From contig OZ253555.1 of assembly GCA_965262725.1 (NCBI GenBank), positions 2,688,001 to 2,752,000 of the forward strand: a stretch of 64,000 nt of DNA. Direction: 5' to 3'. Shown piece after piece: positions 28,120 through 36,436 of the stretch (within the stretch, counting starts at the first letter, position 1; each line of letters opens with the position of its first letter). A program made the position numbers and the translations under genes. Source of the stretch: Dehalococcoidia bacterium (GTDB lineage: Bacteria > Chloroflexota > Dehalococcoidia > UBA2979). Under the pieces are notes generated by a model. That model had not been told where the DNA came from. It did no database searches and saw only the letters and a list, made by a program, of their open reading frames with translations.

Positions 28120-29262
28120 ATGGATCTGGTGACGACCGAGGAGCAGCGCCTGCTGCGCGACTCGGCCCTCCTGTTCGCGCGCGAACGGATGGGGCAAGAG
28201 CGGGCCCGCACGCTCGAGCAGCGCGCAGCCGCGGGCGACCACGCCCACGATGTCGAGCTCACCTCCGAGCTCGCGGCGCTCGGCTGGAGTGGCGCCGCGC
28301 TTCCGGCCGTGCACGGGGGCGGCGGCTTCGGGCTGCTCGAACTCGCGCTCCTGATCGAGGCCTGCGGAACGGCGCCCCTCCCCACGACGCTCTTCGGAAG
28401 CGTCGTCGAGGCGGGTCTCCTGCTCGCGGCAGCGGGGAGCGAGGAGCAGCGCGCGCACTGGCTGCCGCGGATCGCAACCGGCGAGGCGCTGCTCGCGGTG
28501 GCGCTGCTAGAGGAGGGAGCAAGACTCGGCGAGCGCGAGATCCAGACGCGGGCCGTGCCCCGGACGGGCGGCGGCTACCGGATCGAGGGCTCGAAGGTGC
28601 TGGTCCGCGACGCGGGCGCCGCCGACGCGCTCGTGGTCGCGACCCGCGATGGCACCGCCGTCACCCTGCTGCTCGTCGAGCGCGGGACGCCGGGGCTCGA
28701 CGTGCGGCCGCAGCCGGCCGCCGGGGGGGAGCCCCTCTTCTCGGTTCACCTCGACGGCGTCGGCGTCGGCGAGGAGGCCGTGATCGGAGCTCCGGGCGCC
28801 GGATGGCCGCACGTCGAGCGGCTGCTGGCACGGGGCGCCGCCCTCAAGGCGGCGGAGCTCGTCGGGATCGGGCAGGCGGCGCTCGATCTCACTCTCGCCT
28901 ACGCCCGGGAGCGGACGCAGTTCGGGCGCCCGATCGGCTCCTTCCAGGCGGTGCACCACCACTGCGCGGACATCTACCGCGAGGTCGTCGCGTGCCGGCT
29001 TCTCGCCTACCGCGCCGCGTGGTCGCTCGATCGAATGGAAGGCGATCCAGCCGCTTCGGAGGTGCGCCGCGCCGTCGCCACCGCCAAGGCGAAGGCGAGC
29101 GAGGCGATACCGTGGGCGACACGCGTCGCGCACCAGGTGCACGGAGGCGTCGGGTACTACCGCGACTATCCCCTGGAGATCTTCACCCGGCGAGCGATCG
29201 CCGCGGCGGCGGCCTACGGCGATGCGCGCTACCATCGGCGGCGGCTCGCCGGGGCGCTCTAG
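28120..29262 (+). CDS. Acyl-CoA dehydrogenase (partner subunit)
   Basis: RTQFGRPIGSFQAV, QVHGGVGY; lacks the SEPxAGSD motif. Confidence 0.9.
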   Translation: MDLVTTEEQRLLRDSALLFARERMGQERARTLEQRAAAGDHAHDVELTSELAALGWSGAALPAVHGGGGFGLLELALLIEACGTAPLPTTLFGSVVEAGLLLAAAGSEEQRAHWLPRIATGEALLAVALLEEGARLGEREIQTRAVPRTGGGYRIEGSKVLVRDAGAADALVVATRDGTAVTLLLVERGTPGLDVRPQPAAGGEPLFSVHLDGVGVGEEAVIGAPGAGWPHVERLLARGAALKAAELVGIGQAALDLTLAYARERTQFGRPIGSFQAVHHHCADIYREVVACRLLAYRAAWSLDRMEGDPAASEVRRAVATAKAKASEAIPWATRVAHQVHGGVGYYRDYPLEIFTRRAIAAAAAYGDARYHRRRLAGAL

Positions 29263-29285
29263 CGGCCCCCGGCGCAGGGGGGACG

Positions 29286-30101
29286 ATGGGCTACGAATAC
29301 CTGCGGGTCGAGCAGACGGACGACGGCGTCGTCACGGTCTGGATCGACGACCCCGAGAACAACAACGCCGTCAACTTCGTCATGAACCGCGAGCTCGCCG
29401 ACGAGATCGCGCGCATCGGCGAGGATGACTCGGCGAGGGTGCTTGTGTTGACCGGAACCGGCCGCATCTTCTGCTCGGGCGGGAACATCGGGCAGATGAC
29501 GGCGCAGGGTCGGTCGCTCGAGCCCGACGAGAAGACGCTCAACGAGCGGCTCCACCCTGCGCAGTCCGACATCCGCCGCGTCACGGTCGCGCTGCGGCGC
29601 ATGTCGAAGCCCGCGATCGCGGCCGTGAACGGCCCGGCCGTCGGCTCGGGCGTGGGGCTCGCCGCGGGCTGCGACGTGAGACTGGCGGCCCGGGAGGCAC
29701 GCTTCGGCTGGGTCTTCACGCGCCGTGGGATCCTCCCGGACGATGGGAGCCTCAAGCTCGTGCTCGACATCCTCGGCTACGCCCGCACCTTCGAATGGGG
29801 GGTGCGCGGCAGCCGCCTCGAGGCCGAGGAGGCGCTGAGCTGGGGCTTCGTCTCGGAGGTCGTCGAGCGGGAGGAGCTGCTCCCGCGCGCCCACGCCCTC
29901 GCGCGCGAGATCATCGCCTCCGTACCGCCGCTGACGGCCCGGCTCTTCAAGCTCGCGCTGGTCGATGCGCTCGATCGCCCGCTGGAAGAGGCGATCCGCT
30001 TCACCGAACGCGCGCAGCAGCTCGCCCGAGAGAGCGAGGATCACACCGAGGCGCTCCGCGCGTACGCGGAGCGCCGGCCGCCCACGTGGTCGGGGCGCTG
30101 A
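29286..30101 (+). CDS. Crotonase family, PaaG/isomerase-like
   Basis: FCSGGN, AVNGPAVGSG, FTRRGILPDDG, RRPPTWSGR. Confidence 0.88.
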   Translation: MGYEYLRVEQTDDGVVTVWIDDPENNNAVNFVMNRELADEIARIGEDDSARVLVLTGTGRIFCSGGNIGQMTAQGRSLEPDEKTLNERLHPAQSDIRRVTVALRRMSKPAIAAVNGPAVGSGVGLAAGCDVRLAAREARFGWVFTRRGILPDDGSLKLVLDILGYARTFEWGVRGSRLEAEEALSWGFVSEVVEREELLPRAHALAREIIASVPPLTARLFKLALVDALDRPLEEAIRFTERAQQLARESEDHTEALRAYAERRPPTWSGR

Positions 30102-30102
30102 G

Positions 30103-31275
30103 GTGCCCGGCGACGCCTCCGTCAAGCGGGCGATCGAGCCCGCGAGTTTCCCCTGGATGGATGCCTCGCGCTACGCCTTCTGCCTCGCCATGGAGGCCGG
30201 TGGCTCCACCTGGCTCTCTGGCCACACCGCGGCCCGCTACGAGCCGGGGCGCGACGCGGTCACCGCCGACGGTGACGTGGAGGCGCAGGGGCGCGTCGTC
30301 TACGAGAAGGCGCGCGCGATCCTGGAGACCGCCGGCCTCGGATTCGGGGACGTGGCCCAGAGCATTGAGTACCTCGCCCCCGGCGCGCTCGGAGCCGGCG
30401 ACGCGGAGTGCCTGGCGCGTCTCCGGGCCGAGTACTTCGGTGTCAACCGCCCGGCTCTCTCGACCGTCGCCGTCAACTCGCTGCTGCGCCCCGAGGCGCT
30501 CGTCGAGATCGAACTGGTGGCTCGCGAGGCCCCGAACGACACCGTCGAGGCCGCCGGAACGATCGCCCGGCGCATGGGCGATCTGCTGGTGATCCCGGCG
30601 CTCGACGCTCCGGGCGCGGATCTCGCCTCGCAGGCCCGGGCGATCTACGACCGCGCAGCAGCCGTGCTCGCCGCCGCGGGCCTCGGCTGGGAGCACGTGG
30701 TCAAGACCACCGACTTCGTGGCCGTCTCGGCGCTCCGCGACTACCGCGTCACTGCCGAGGTGCGCCGGGAGCGCTTTGGTGGTCGGGACGCCGTCGACTT
30801 CCCCGCCTCAACCGGCATCATCATGGAGCGCCTCGCGACCCCGGGAGCGCTCATCCAGGTGGAGTTCATCGCCTCCACGACGCCGCGCGCGGGCGTGGAG
30901 GCGCCGTGGCCACACCACCCGCGTCTCACCTATGCGCCGGCCGTGCGAGCAGGCCGCCTGCTCTTCGTCTCCGGGATGGCGGCATTCAACCCGGAGAGTA
31001 ACGCCACCGAGCACGTCGGCGACGTCGTCGCGCAGTCGCGTTATGTCTACGAGAACATGGCCCGCCTGATGGAGGCGGCGGGCGGATCGCTCGAGAGCAT
31101 CATCAAGACCGTCGAGTACGTCGCTCCCGCCGCCCGAGAGCGCTACCCGCGCACCGGCCGCGTGCGCACGGACCTCTTCGACCGCCCCTACCCGGCCTCC
31201 ACCGGCGTGATCTGCGAGCGCCTGATCCGCTCTGACCTCCTGATCGAGGTCGACGCGATCGCGGTGCTGGAGTGA
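30103..31275 (+). CDS. Triple tandem Rid (YjgF/YER057c/UK114) domain protein
   Basis: Three units ending RPALSTV..LVEIELVA, FPASTG..LIQVEFIA, YPASTG..LIEVDAIA. Confidence 0.85.
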   Translation: MPGDASVKRAIEPASFPWMDASRYAFCLAMEAGGSTWLSGHTAARYEPGRDAVTADGDVEAQGRVVYEKARAILETAGLGFGDVAQSIEYLAPGALGAGDAECLARLRAEYFGVNRPALSTVAVNSLLRPEALVEIELVAREAPNDTVEAAGTIARRMGDLLVIPALDAPGADLASQARAIYDRAAAVLAAAGLGWEHVVKTTDFVAVSALRDYRVTAEVRRERFGGRDAVDFPASTGIIMERLATPGALIQVEFIASTTPRAGVEAPWPHHPRLTYAPAVRAGRLLFVSGMAAFNPESNATEHVGDVVAQSRYVYENMARLMEAAGGSLESIIKTVEYVAPAARERYPRTGRVRTDLFDRPYPASTGVICERLIRSDLLIEVDAIAVLE

Positions 31276-31802
31276 GCGACGCGTCCCCCGGGGGCTCGCT
31301 GCTCACCGACGAGCTCCGTGGCTGGATCGGGCGCGAGGCCTCCTACGAGGCGCCGGAGGAGCTGGGGCGCGCCGCCATCCGCTACTACGCGCTCGCGCTC
31401 TCCGACGACAATCCGCTCTACCGCGACGAGGCCCACGCCCGGGGGACGCGGTTCGGCGGCGTGATCGCGCCGCCGACGCTCGTGGTCGAGACCAACCAGT
31501 ACGCCGACCTGCCGCTCCGTCCCGAGGATGGCTACAACGGCCACGCGTGGGAGGGCCTGCCGCTCCCGGTTCCGTGCACGCTGGTACGCGGCGGCAACCA
31601 GTACGAGCTGCTCAGGCCCGTGCGGCCGGACGACCGCCTCTCCGTGCGCTGGCGCATCGAGGAGATCACCGAGCGGCAGGGCCGAGCCGGCCCCATGCTT
31701 GTGCTGGTCGCACGCGCCGAGTACCGGAACCAGCAGCGCGAGCTGCTCGCCACCAACCTCGACACCACCATCTTCCTGCCCGCCCCCGATCGGGGATCGT
31801 GA
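31272..31802 (+). CDS. MaoC N-terminal/FAS1-like hotdog subunit
   Basis: AIRYYA, DDNPLYRD, GVIAPPT, LRPVRPDD. Confidence 0.85.
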   Translation: MSDASPGGSLLTDELRGWIGREASYEAPEELGRAAIRYYALALSDDNPLYRDEAHARGTRFGGVIAPPTLVVETNQYADLPLRPEDGYNGHAWEGLPLPVPCTLVRGGNQYELLRPVRPDDRLSVRWRIEEITERQGRAGPMLVLVARAEYRNQQRELLATNLDTTIFLPAPDRGS

Positions 31803-32230
31803 TGCGTTTCGAGGCGGTCGAGACCGGTCAGGAGCTGCCCGAACTCCGCGTTACGCTCACGCACGAGCTCCTCGCCGCTTACGCCGGCGCGACCTGGGAT
31901 TTCCACCGCTACCACTACGACGCCGATTTCGCCCGCGAGACGGCCGGCGCGCCCGACGCCTTCGTGGACGGGCAGATGCTGGGCGCCCTGCTCGCGCGCC
32001 AGTTGATGGCCTGGTCGGCACCCGAGGGGTGGGTGCGAAGCCTCGCGCTTCGTTACCGCTCGATGTCGTTCCCCGGCGAGACGCTCGTCTGTCGGGGGCG
32101 CGTGAGTTCGACACGCGTCGAGAGCGGGAGCGGCCTGGTGACGTGCGATCTCGCCGTCGTGACGCTCGACGGCCGAGACGTCGCCGCGCCGGCCTCGGCC
32201 ACAGTCGAACTGCCCGCGGCCACAGACTAG
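31802..32230 (+). CDS. MaoC dehydratase catalytic subunit
   Basis: YAGATWDFHRYHYD (D-x4-H), FVDGQMLG, FPGETL; TGATG overlap. Confidence 0.85.
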   Translation: MRFEAVETGQELPELRVTLTHELLAAYAGATWDFHRYHYDADFARETAGAPDAFVDGQMLGALLARQLMAWSAPEGWVRSLALRYRSMSFPGETLVCRGRVSSTRVESGSGLVTCDLAVVTLDGRDVAAPASATVELPAATD

Positions 32231-32245
32231 CGGAGGAGGCACGGG

Positions 32246-33043
32246 ATGACGGACGGGGCTGAGGCGGCCGGTGAGGCCGTCATCTTCGAGACCGACGGAC
32301 ACGTCGCGCGCATCACGCTCAACCGCCCGCACGCGATGAATGCCCTCGACACGGCAGCGCGGGAGCGTCTGCTGCAGGCGATGGCGCGCGTCCACGACGA
32401 CCCCGAGATCCGCGTCGGTATCCTCACCGGCGCCGGCGGGCGTGCCTTCAGCGCGGGCGCGGACCTCAAGGAGTGGGCGCAACCGGACTCGCCGGGCTTC
32501 TCCGGGGGCTCCGCCCACGATGCCCTTTCCAAGGAGCCGGGCGACGAGTTCTTCACGATCCGCGTCGCGAAGCCCCTCATCGCCGCCATCGACGGCTACT
32601 GCCTCGCCGGAGGGCTCGAGCTCGCACTCTCCTGCGATCTGCGCATTGCGACGCCCTCGTCCTCCTTCGGCCTTCCGGAGGTGCAGCGCGGGTTCCCGCC
32701 GGGCGGGGGCGGCGTGCAGCGGCTGGTGCGCGCGATCTCGCTCGCGCCAGCGATGGAGATGCTCCTGACAGGCGAGCGCATCGACGCGGAGACGGCGCTG
32801 CGCTGGGGTCTCGTCTCGCGCGTCGTCCCGCGCGAGGACTTGCTCGCAACCGCGACCCGCCTCGCCGAGCGCATTGCGGCGAACGCGCCGCTGGCCACGC
32901 GCGTCGTGAAGGAACTCGCGCTCGCGAGCCCCGATCAGTCGCTTGGGCAGGCGCTCCAGCTCGGTAGCGTCTTGCGCTGGATCGTGGGACAGACACCGGA
33001 GGCGCAGGAAGGCCCGCGCGCCTTCGCGCGGGGCGACGGCTGA
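32246..33043 (+). CDS. Enoyl-CoA hydratase with both catalytic Glu
   Basis: AFSAGADLKE, AGGLELALSCD, FGLPEV. Confidence 0.92.
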   Translation: MTDGAEAAGEAVIFETDGHVARITLNRPHAMNALDTAARERLLQAMARVHDDPEIRVGILTGAGGRAFSAGADLKEWAQPDSPGFSGGSAHDALSKEPGDEFFTIRVAKPLIAAIDGYCLAGGLELALSCDLRIATPSSSFGLPEVQRGFPPGGGGVQRLVRAISLAPAMEMLLTGERIDAETALRWGLVSRVVPREDLLATATRLAERIAANAPLATRVVKELALASPDQSLGQALQLGSVLRWIVGQTPEAQEGPRAFARGDG

Positions 33044-33124
33044 GCCGGTCCGGCCCGATCATGGCGGCGCCGCCCGCCGCTGCAGCGTGTTCGAGTCGTG
33101 TGAGGGCGAGGGGAGCTCGGAAGC

Positions 33125-33550
33125 GTGGACACTATCGATCTGGGAAGCCTGAACTACCTGGCGATCGTCGTCGGCGTGGTCATCAACCAGGCAATTGGGA
33201 TGGCCTGGTACACCATCCTCGGCAGGTACTGGATGGCCGAGACGGGGTTAACGCACGAGGACATGGAGTCGATGAAGGGGACGCCCCGGCAGTGGTACCC
33301 CTACGTCATCGCCATCGCCTCCGCCTTCGTCTTCGTCCTGGGGCTCGCCGTCCTGATTCAGGCTCTCGGGGCGGAGGGGCCGATCGACGGCCTCGTGGTC
33401 GGTCTCCTGGCTGCGGTCGCGTTCATCCTCTCGACGAGCGCGATGAACTACGCCTTCGAGGGACGCAGCCTCTGCCTCTACGGCATCAACAACGGCTACC
33501 ACGTTCTGGCGCTCGCCGTGATCGGGGTCGTGCTCGGCGCCTGGCAGTAA
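33125..33550 (+). CDS. DUF1761 family membrane protein
   Basis: NYLAIVV, GMAWY, FEGRSL..INNGY; four TM helices. Confidence 0.8.
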   Translation: MDTIDLGSLNYLAIVVGVVINQAIGMAWYTILGRYWMAETGLTHEDMESMKGTPRQWYPYVIAIASAFVFVLGLAVLIQALGAEGPIDGLVVGLLAAVAFILSTSAMNYAFEGRSLCLYGINNGYHVLALAVIGVVLGAWQ

Positions 33551-33668
33551 CGGGCCCGCCGACGCGCCGCAGGAGCGAATCCGGTCGATGGTCCGGGTCG
33601 GACGACCGACACGCGGGCGGCCTCGGCACGATCGGGAGCGCGGGCACGGGGCGAGGCGGACGTCCGGT

Positions 33669-34190
33669 CTAGTCCTGCTCAGCCTTTCCCGCTCCCGGCC
33701 GGCCTCCGTCGCCGGCTCCCGCCGGCAGGGCGAAGCGCTGCGCCAGCACGCGCTCGCGGAAATCGAAGATCGCGGCCAGCCGCGGAGCGACGCCGCGCGC
33801 ATTCACCAGCGCGCCGAGCGGCCCGCCCGGGAGCGAGTAGTGGACGAGGTCCCGCACCTCGAGGCCGCCCGGGACCTCGCGGAAGTGGTGCTGGTGGTGC
33901 CAGAAGCGATAGGGGCCGAGTCGCTGCTCATCGACGAAGAGGTAGGGCTCCGACACGTGCGTGATCTCGGTGACCCAGTGTGCGCGCCAGCCCGGGAACG
34001 GCTCGATCCGGTACTCGATCAGAAGCCCAGGGTAGACCTCCTTCGGGAGGGCGGAGAGCACCTCGAAGTGCATGTCGGGCGGGGTGATAACGGTGAGGTT
34101 GCGGGGGTCGGAGAAGAACGCCCACGCCTCCTCGAACGTCGTCGGCAGCACCTGGCGTCGGTCGATCCGATGCAGCCGCATCCCCAGCAT
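33669..34190 (-). CDS. SRPBCC/START ligand-binding domain protein
   Basis: WAFFSDPRNLTVITPP, WVTEIT, FVDEQRLGPYRFWHHQH, IFDFR. Confidence 0.85.
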   Translation of the reverse strand: MLGMRLHRIDRRQVLPTTFEEAWAFFSDPRNLTVITPPDMHFEVLSALPKEVYPGLLIEYRIEPFPGWRAHWVTEITHVSEPYLFVDEQRLGPYRFWHHQHHFREVPGGLEVRDLVHYSLPGGPLGALVNARGVAPRLAAIFDFRERVLAQRFALPAGAGDGGRPGAGKAEQD

Positions 34191-34254
34191 CCCTCCCCGC
34201 CTCGGTCGTGGCGCCAGTATCGCGCGGCGGCGCCGCCGAGGGCGAGCGGCGTAG

Positions 34255-34698
34255 CTACGAGAGGACGTGGTCGAGGGAGAGCGGCCCCGCGCCGCCGAGG
34301 GCGACCGTGATCGCCGCCGCCAGCAGGATCACGTCCAGCTCATAGCCCTGGACCGAGCCTCCCTGGAAGGGGTGCCCGAGCTTGAACTTCGAGACGTAGG
34401 CCGCCACCAGCATCATCGCGGCCAGCGGGATCGCCGCCCAGTGGGCGAGCAGGCCCACCATGAGCATCGCCCCGCCCACGAGCTCCATCGTGGCGACCAG
34501 CCTCGCCTGCTGCTGGGCGAACGGGATGCCGAGCTCGGCGAACCACGCGCCCGTGCTTCCGATACCGCGTCGCCACTTGCCGAGACCGGCATCGACGAAG
34601 ACGAGGCCGAGCGCGACGCGGAGCGGCACCAGCGCCCACTCCCGGATGTCGGCGCTCCATGGATCGACGAGGAACTCCACGCGGCCTCCCCCCGGCAC
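34255..34698 (-). CDS. DoxX family membrane protein
   Basis: LRVALGLVF..GLGK, ELVGGAMLMVG, GYE, GAGPLSLD. Confidence 0.88.
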   Translation of the reverse strand: MPGGGRVEFLVDPWSADIREWALVPLRVALGLVFVDAGLGKWRRGIGSTGAWFAELGIPFAQQQARLVATMELVGGAMLMVGLLAHWAAIPLAAMMLVAAYVSKFKLGHPFQGGSVQGYELDVILLAAAITVALGGAGPLSLDHVLS

Positions 34699-34702
34699 CG
34701 GC

Positions 34703-35164
34703 TCAGCGCGGGCGGTGCGGCAACTCGACGACGGCCGTCCCCTGGAGCGGCCGCTCGCCGCGCTCGTTCTCGAGATAGACGTCGAGCGTCACGCGGCCGA
34801 CGCCAGCCTCGTCCGAGGCATCGGTCACAAGCGCCATCAGCTTGAGGCGGTCGCCGTGCAACACGGGGCGGCGGAAGTTCGCGTCGAGCGTGCGCAGCCG
34901 GCCGGCGGATCCCGCCCAGTCGGTGACGAGCCTGGTGATGATCGAGAGGCTCATCACTCCCGGAACGATGGGACGTTCGAGCCCGAGCGCCTGCGCGCCC
35001 GCGGCATCGGAGAAGCGCCCGTCCTCCTCGTCCAGCGCGGCGTTGCCCCGCGAGACCGAGAGGTAGGTCGCGACCAGCTCCGGCCGGGCGACGTAGGCCT
35101 CCTCAAACTCGTCGCCGAGTTCGGCGTCGTCGAAGTAACGCTGCCCCGAGCCCTCGCCGGTCAC
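34703..35164 (-). CDS. MaoC-like hotdog protein with atypical catalytic motif
   Basis: YFDDAELGD, PIVPG, VTDWAG, NFRRPVLHGD, NERGE. Confidence 0.75.
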   Translation of the reverse strand: MTGEGSGQRYFDDAELGDEFEEAYVARPELVATYLSVSRGNAALDEEDGRFSDAAGAQALGLERPIVPGVMSLSIITRLVTDWAGSAGRLRTLDANFRRPVLHGDRLKLMALVTDASDEAGVGRVTLDVYLENERGERPLQGTAVVELPHRPR

Positions 35165-35610
35165 GCCTCGATCTCCCGGTGCACCATCGAGCTGTCGACG
35201 AGCACGACGTCCCGGCCCCTCTGGTTCTCGTAGCGCGTCCTGCGCACCACGAACACCATCTTCCCGCTGCGGCCGGTCTTCTCGTAGACCTCGGTCACCT
35301 GGCCGTACGCGGTGATCGTGTCGCCCGGGCGCATCGGCTCCAGCACCTCAACGCGCTCCCCGCCGAGGAAGCGCGCGTTGCCGAACTCGACTTTGGGGTC
35401 GGGCCCGGTTCCGCGAAAGTTGACCGTCGTGAAGATGAGGGGCGGCGCGATGCGACCACCGTAGCTCGTCCCTCGCGCGAACTCCTCGTCGAGATAGAGC
35501 GGATTCGTCTCGCCGAGCGCCTCGCAGTAGGAGGCGATCGCGTCGTCGGTGACCGTGAACGAGCCGAGCTCGTGCTCGACGCCGACCACGCTCTCGTCGT
35601 ATTCGACCAC
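35161..35610 (-). CDS. MaoC N-terminal/FAS1-like hotdog subunit
   Basis: GETNPLYLD, IAPP, PMRPGD, EKTGRSGKMVF, NQRG; RBS AAGGAGGAG. Confidence 0.85.
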   Translation of the reverse strand: MVEYDESVVGVEHELGSFTVTDDAIASYCEALGETNPLYLDEEFARGTSYGGRIAPPLIFTTVNFRGTGPDPKVEFGNARFLGGERVEVLEPMRPGDTITAYGQVTEVYEKTGRSGKMVFVVRRTRYENQRGRDVVLVDSSMVHREIEA

Positions 35611-35649
35611 AGTCTCCTCCTTACCGCCGTCCGCGCCGGAGGCGGGCGG

Positions 35650-36339
35650 TCAACCCGCCGTCTCGCCCGCGGCCTCGGCATCGGCGCGCACCTCGTCCGC
35701 CGTGAGCGCGCGGCAGCGGCCCGCGACCAGCTCCTCCACCAGCTCGGAGACCGTCGCGACCGGGCGCTCGAACGCAGTCAGGCAGCGCCCGATCGCCGAG
35801 ACGAAGTGGGCATCGCTGCCGCCAACGAGGGCGAGCCCTCGCTCATTCGCGAGCTGCCGCGCGCGACGGTTCTCCTCGTCGCTCGAGCCGCCGTTGAGCG
35901 CCTCGACCGCCCCGACGAACTCGAAATCGACGCGGTCCGCCAGAGCATGATCCCACAGGCCGATGCGCGGGCGACCGGCGTGCGCTGGCACCGCCACGCC
36001 CCCCGCATCCCGCACCGCCGCCAGCAGTTCGCGATGGGAGAGCGCCACGTCCGTGAAGTCTATGCGCCGCGCAAGCTGAGGCGTGATGCCGTAGACGAGA
36101 ACGTGCCCCACGTCCGTCTCGAGCTCCGCGCCGTGCAGCACGGTCACGTCGTAGCGCTCGGCCAGCTCGTCGTAGCGCGCGGCCGGGTCGAAGTGGCGAT
36201 GCTCCGTCAGCACAATGCCGTCGATGCGGTACCCGCGCCGGCGCCTGGCGGCGATCCACTTGAGGTAGCCCTCCACGGTGCCGCCGGCGTCGTCGGAGGC
36301 GTCGGTGGAGTGGGCGTGCAGGTCGAGGTAGCAGGCGAT
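35650..36339 (-). CDS. PHP-domain phosphoesterase-like protein, start codon unresolved
   Basis: DLHAHS lies in frame upstream of the ORF-track start; also LTEH, GAE, GHVLVYG, AHAGR, EALNG, GGSDAH. Confidence 0.8.
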   Translation of the reverse strand: MACYLDLHAHSTDASDDAGGTVEGYLKWIAARRRRGYRIDGIVLTEHRHFDPAARYDELAERYDVTVLHGAELETDVGHVLVYGITPQLARRIDFTDVALSHRELLAAVRDAGGVAVPAHAGRPRIGLWDHALADRVDFEFVGAVEALNGGSSDEENRRARQLANERGLALVGGSDAHFVSAIGRCLTAFERPVATVSELVEELVAGRCRALTADEVRADAEAAGETAG

Positions 36340-36436
36340 CGCGCGGCCCCGTTCGCTCGCGGCCCGTTCCGATGCGGTGCGCTCCTGCGCGGGTCCGCGA
36401 GCGATTCTCCGCGCGCCCCTTCGCGGCCGTCAACGC

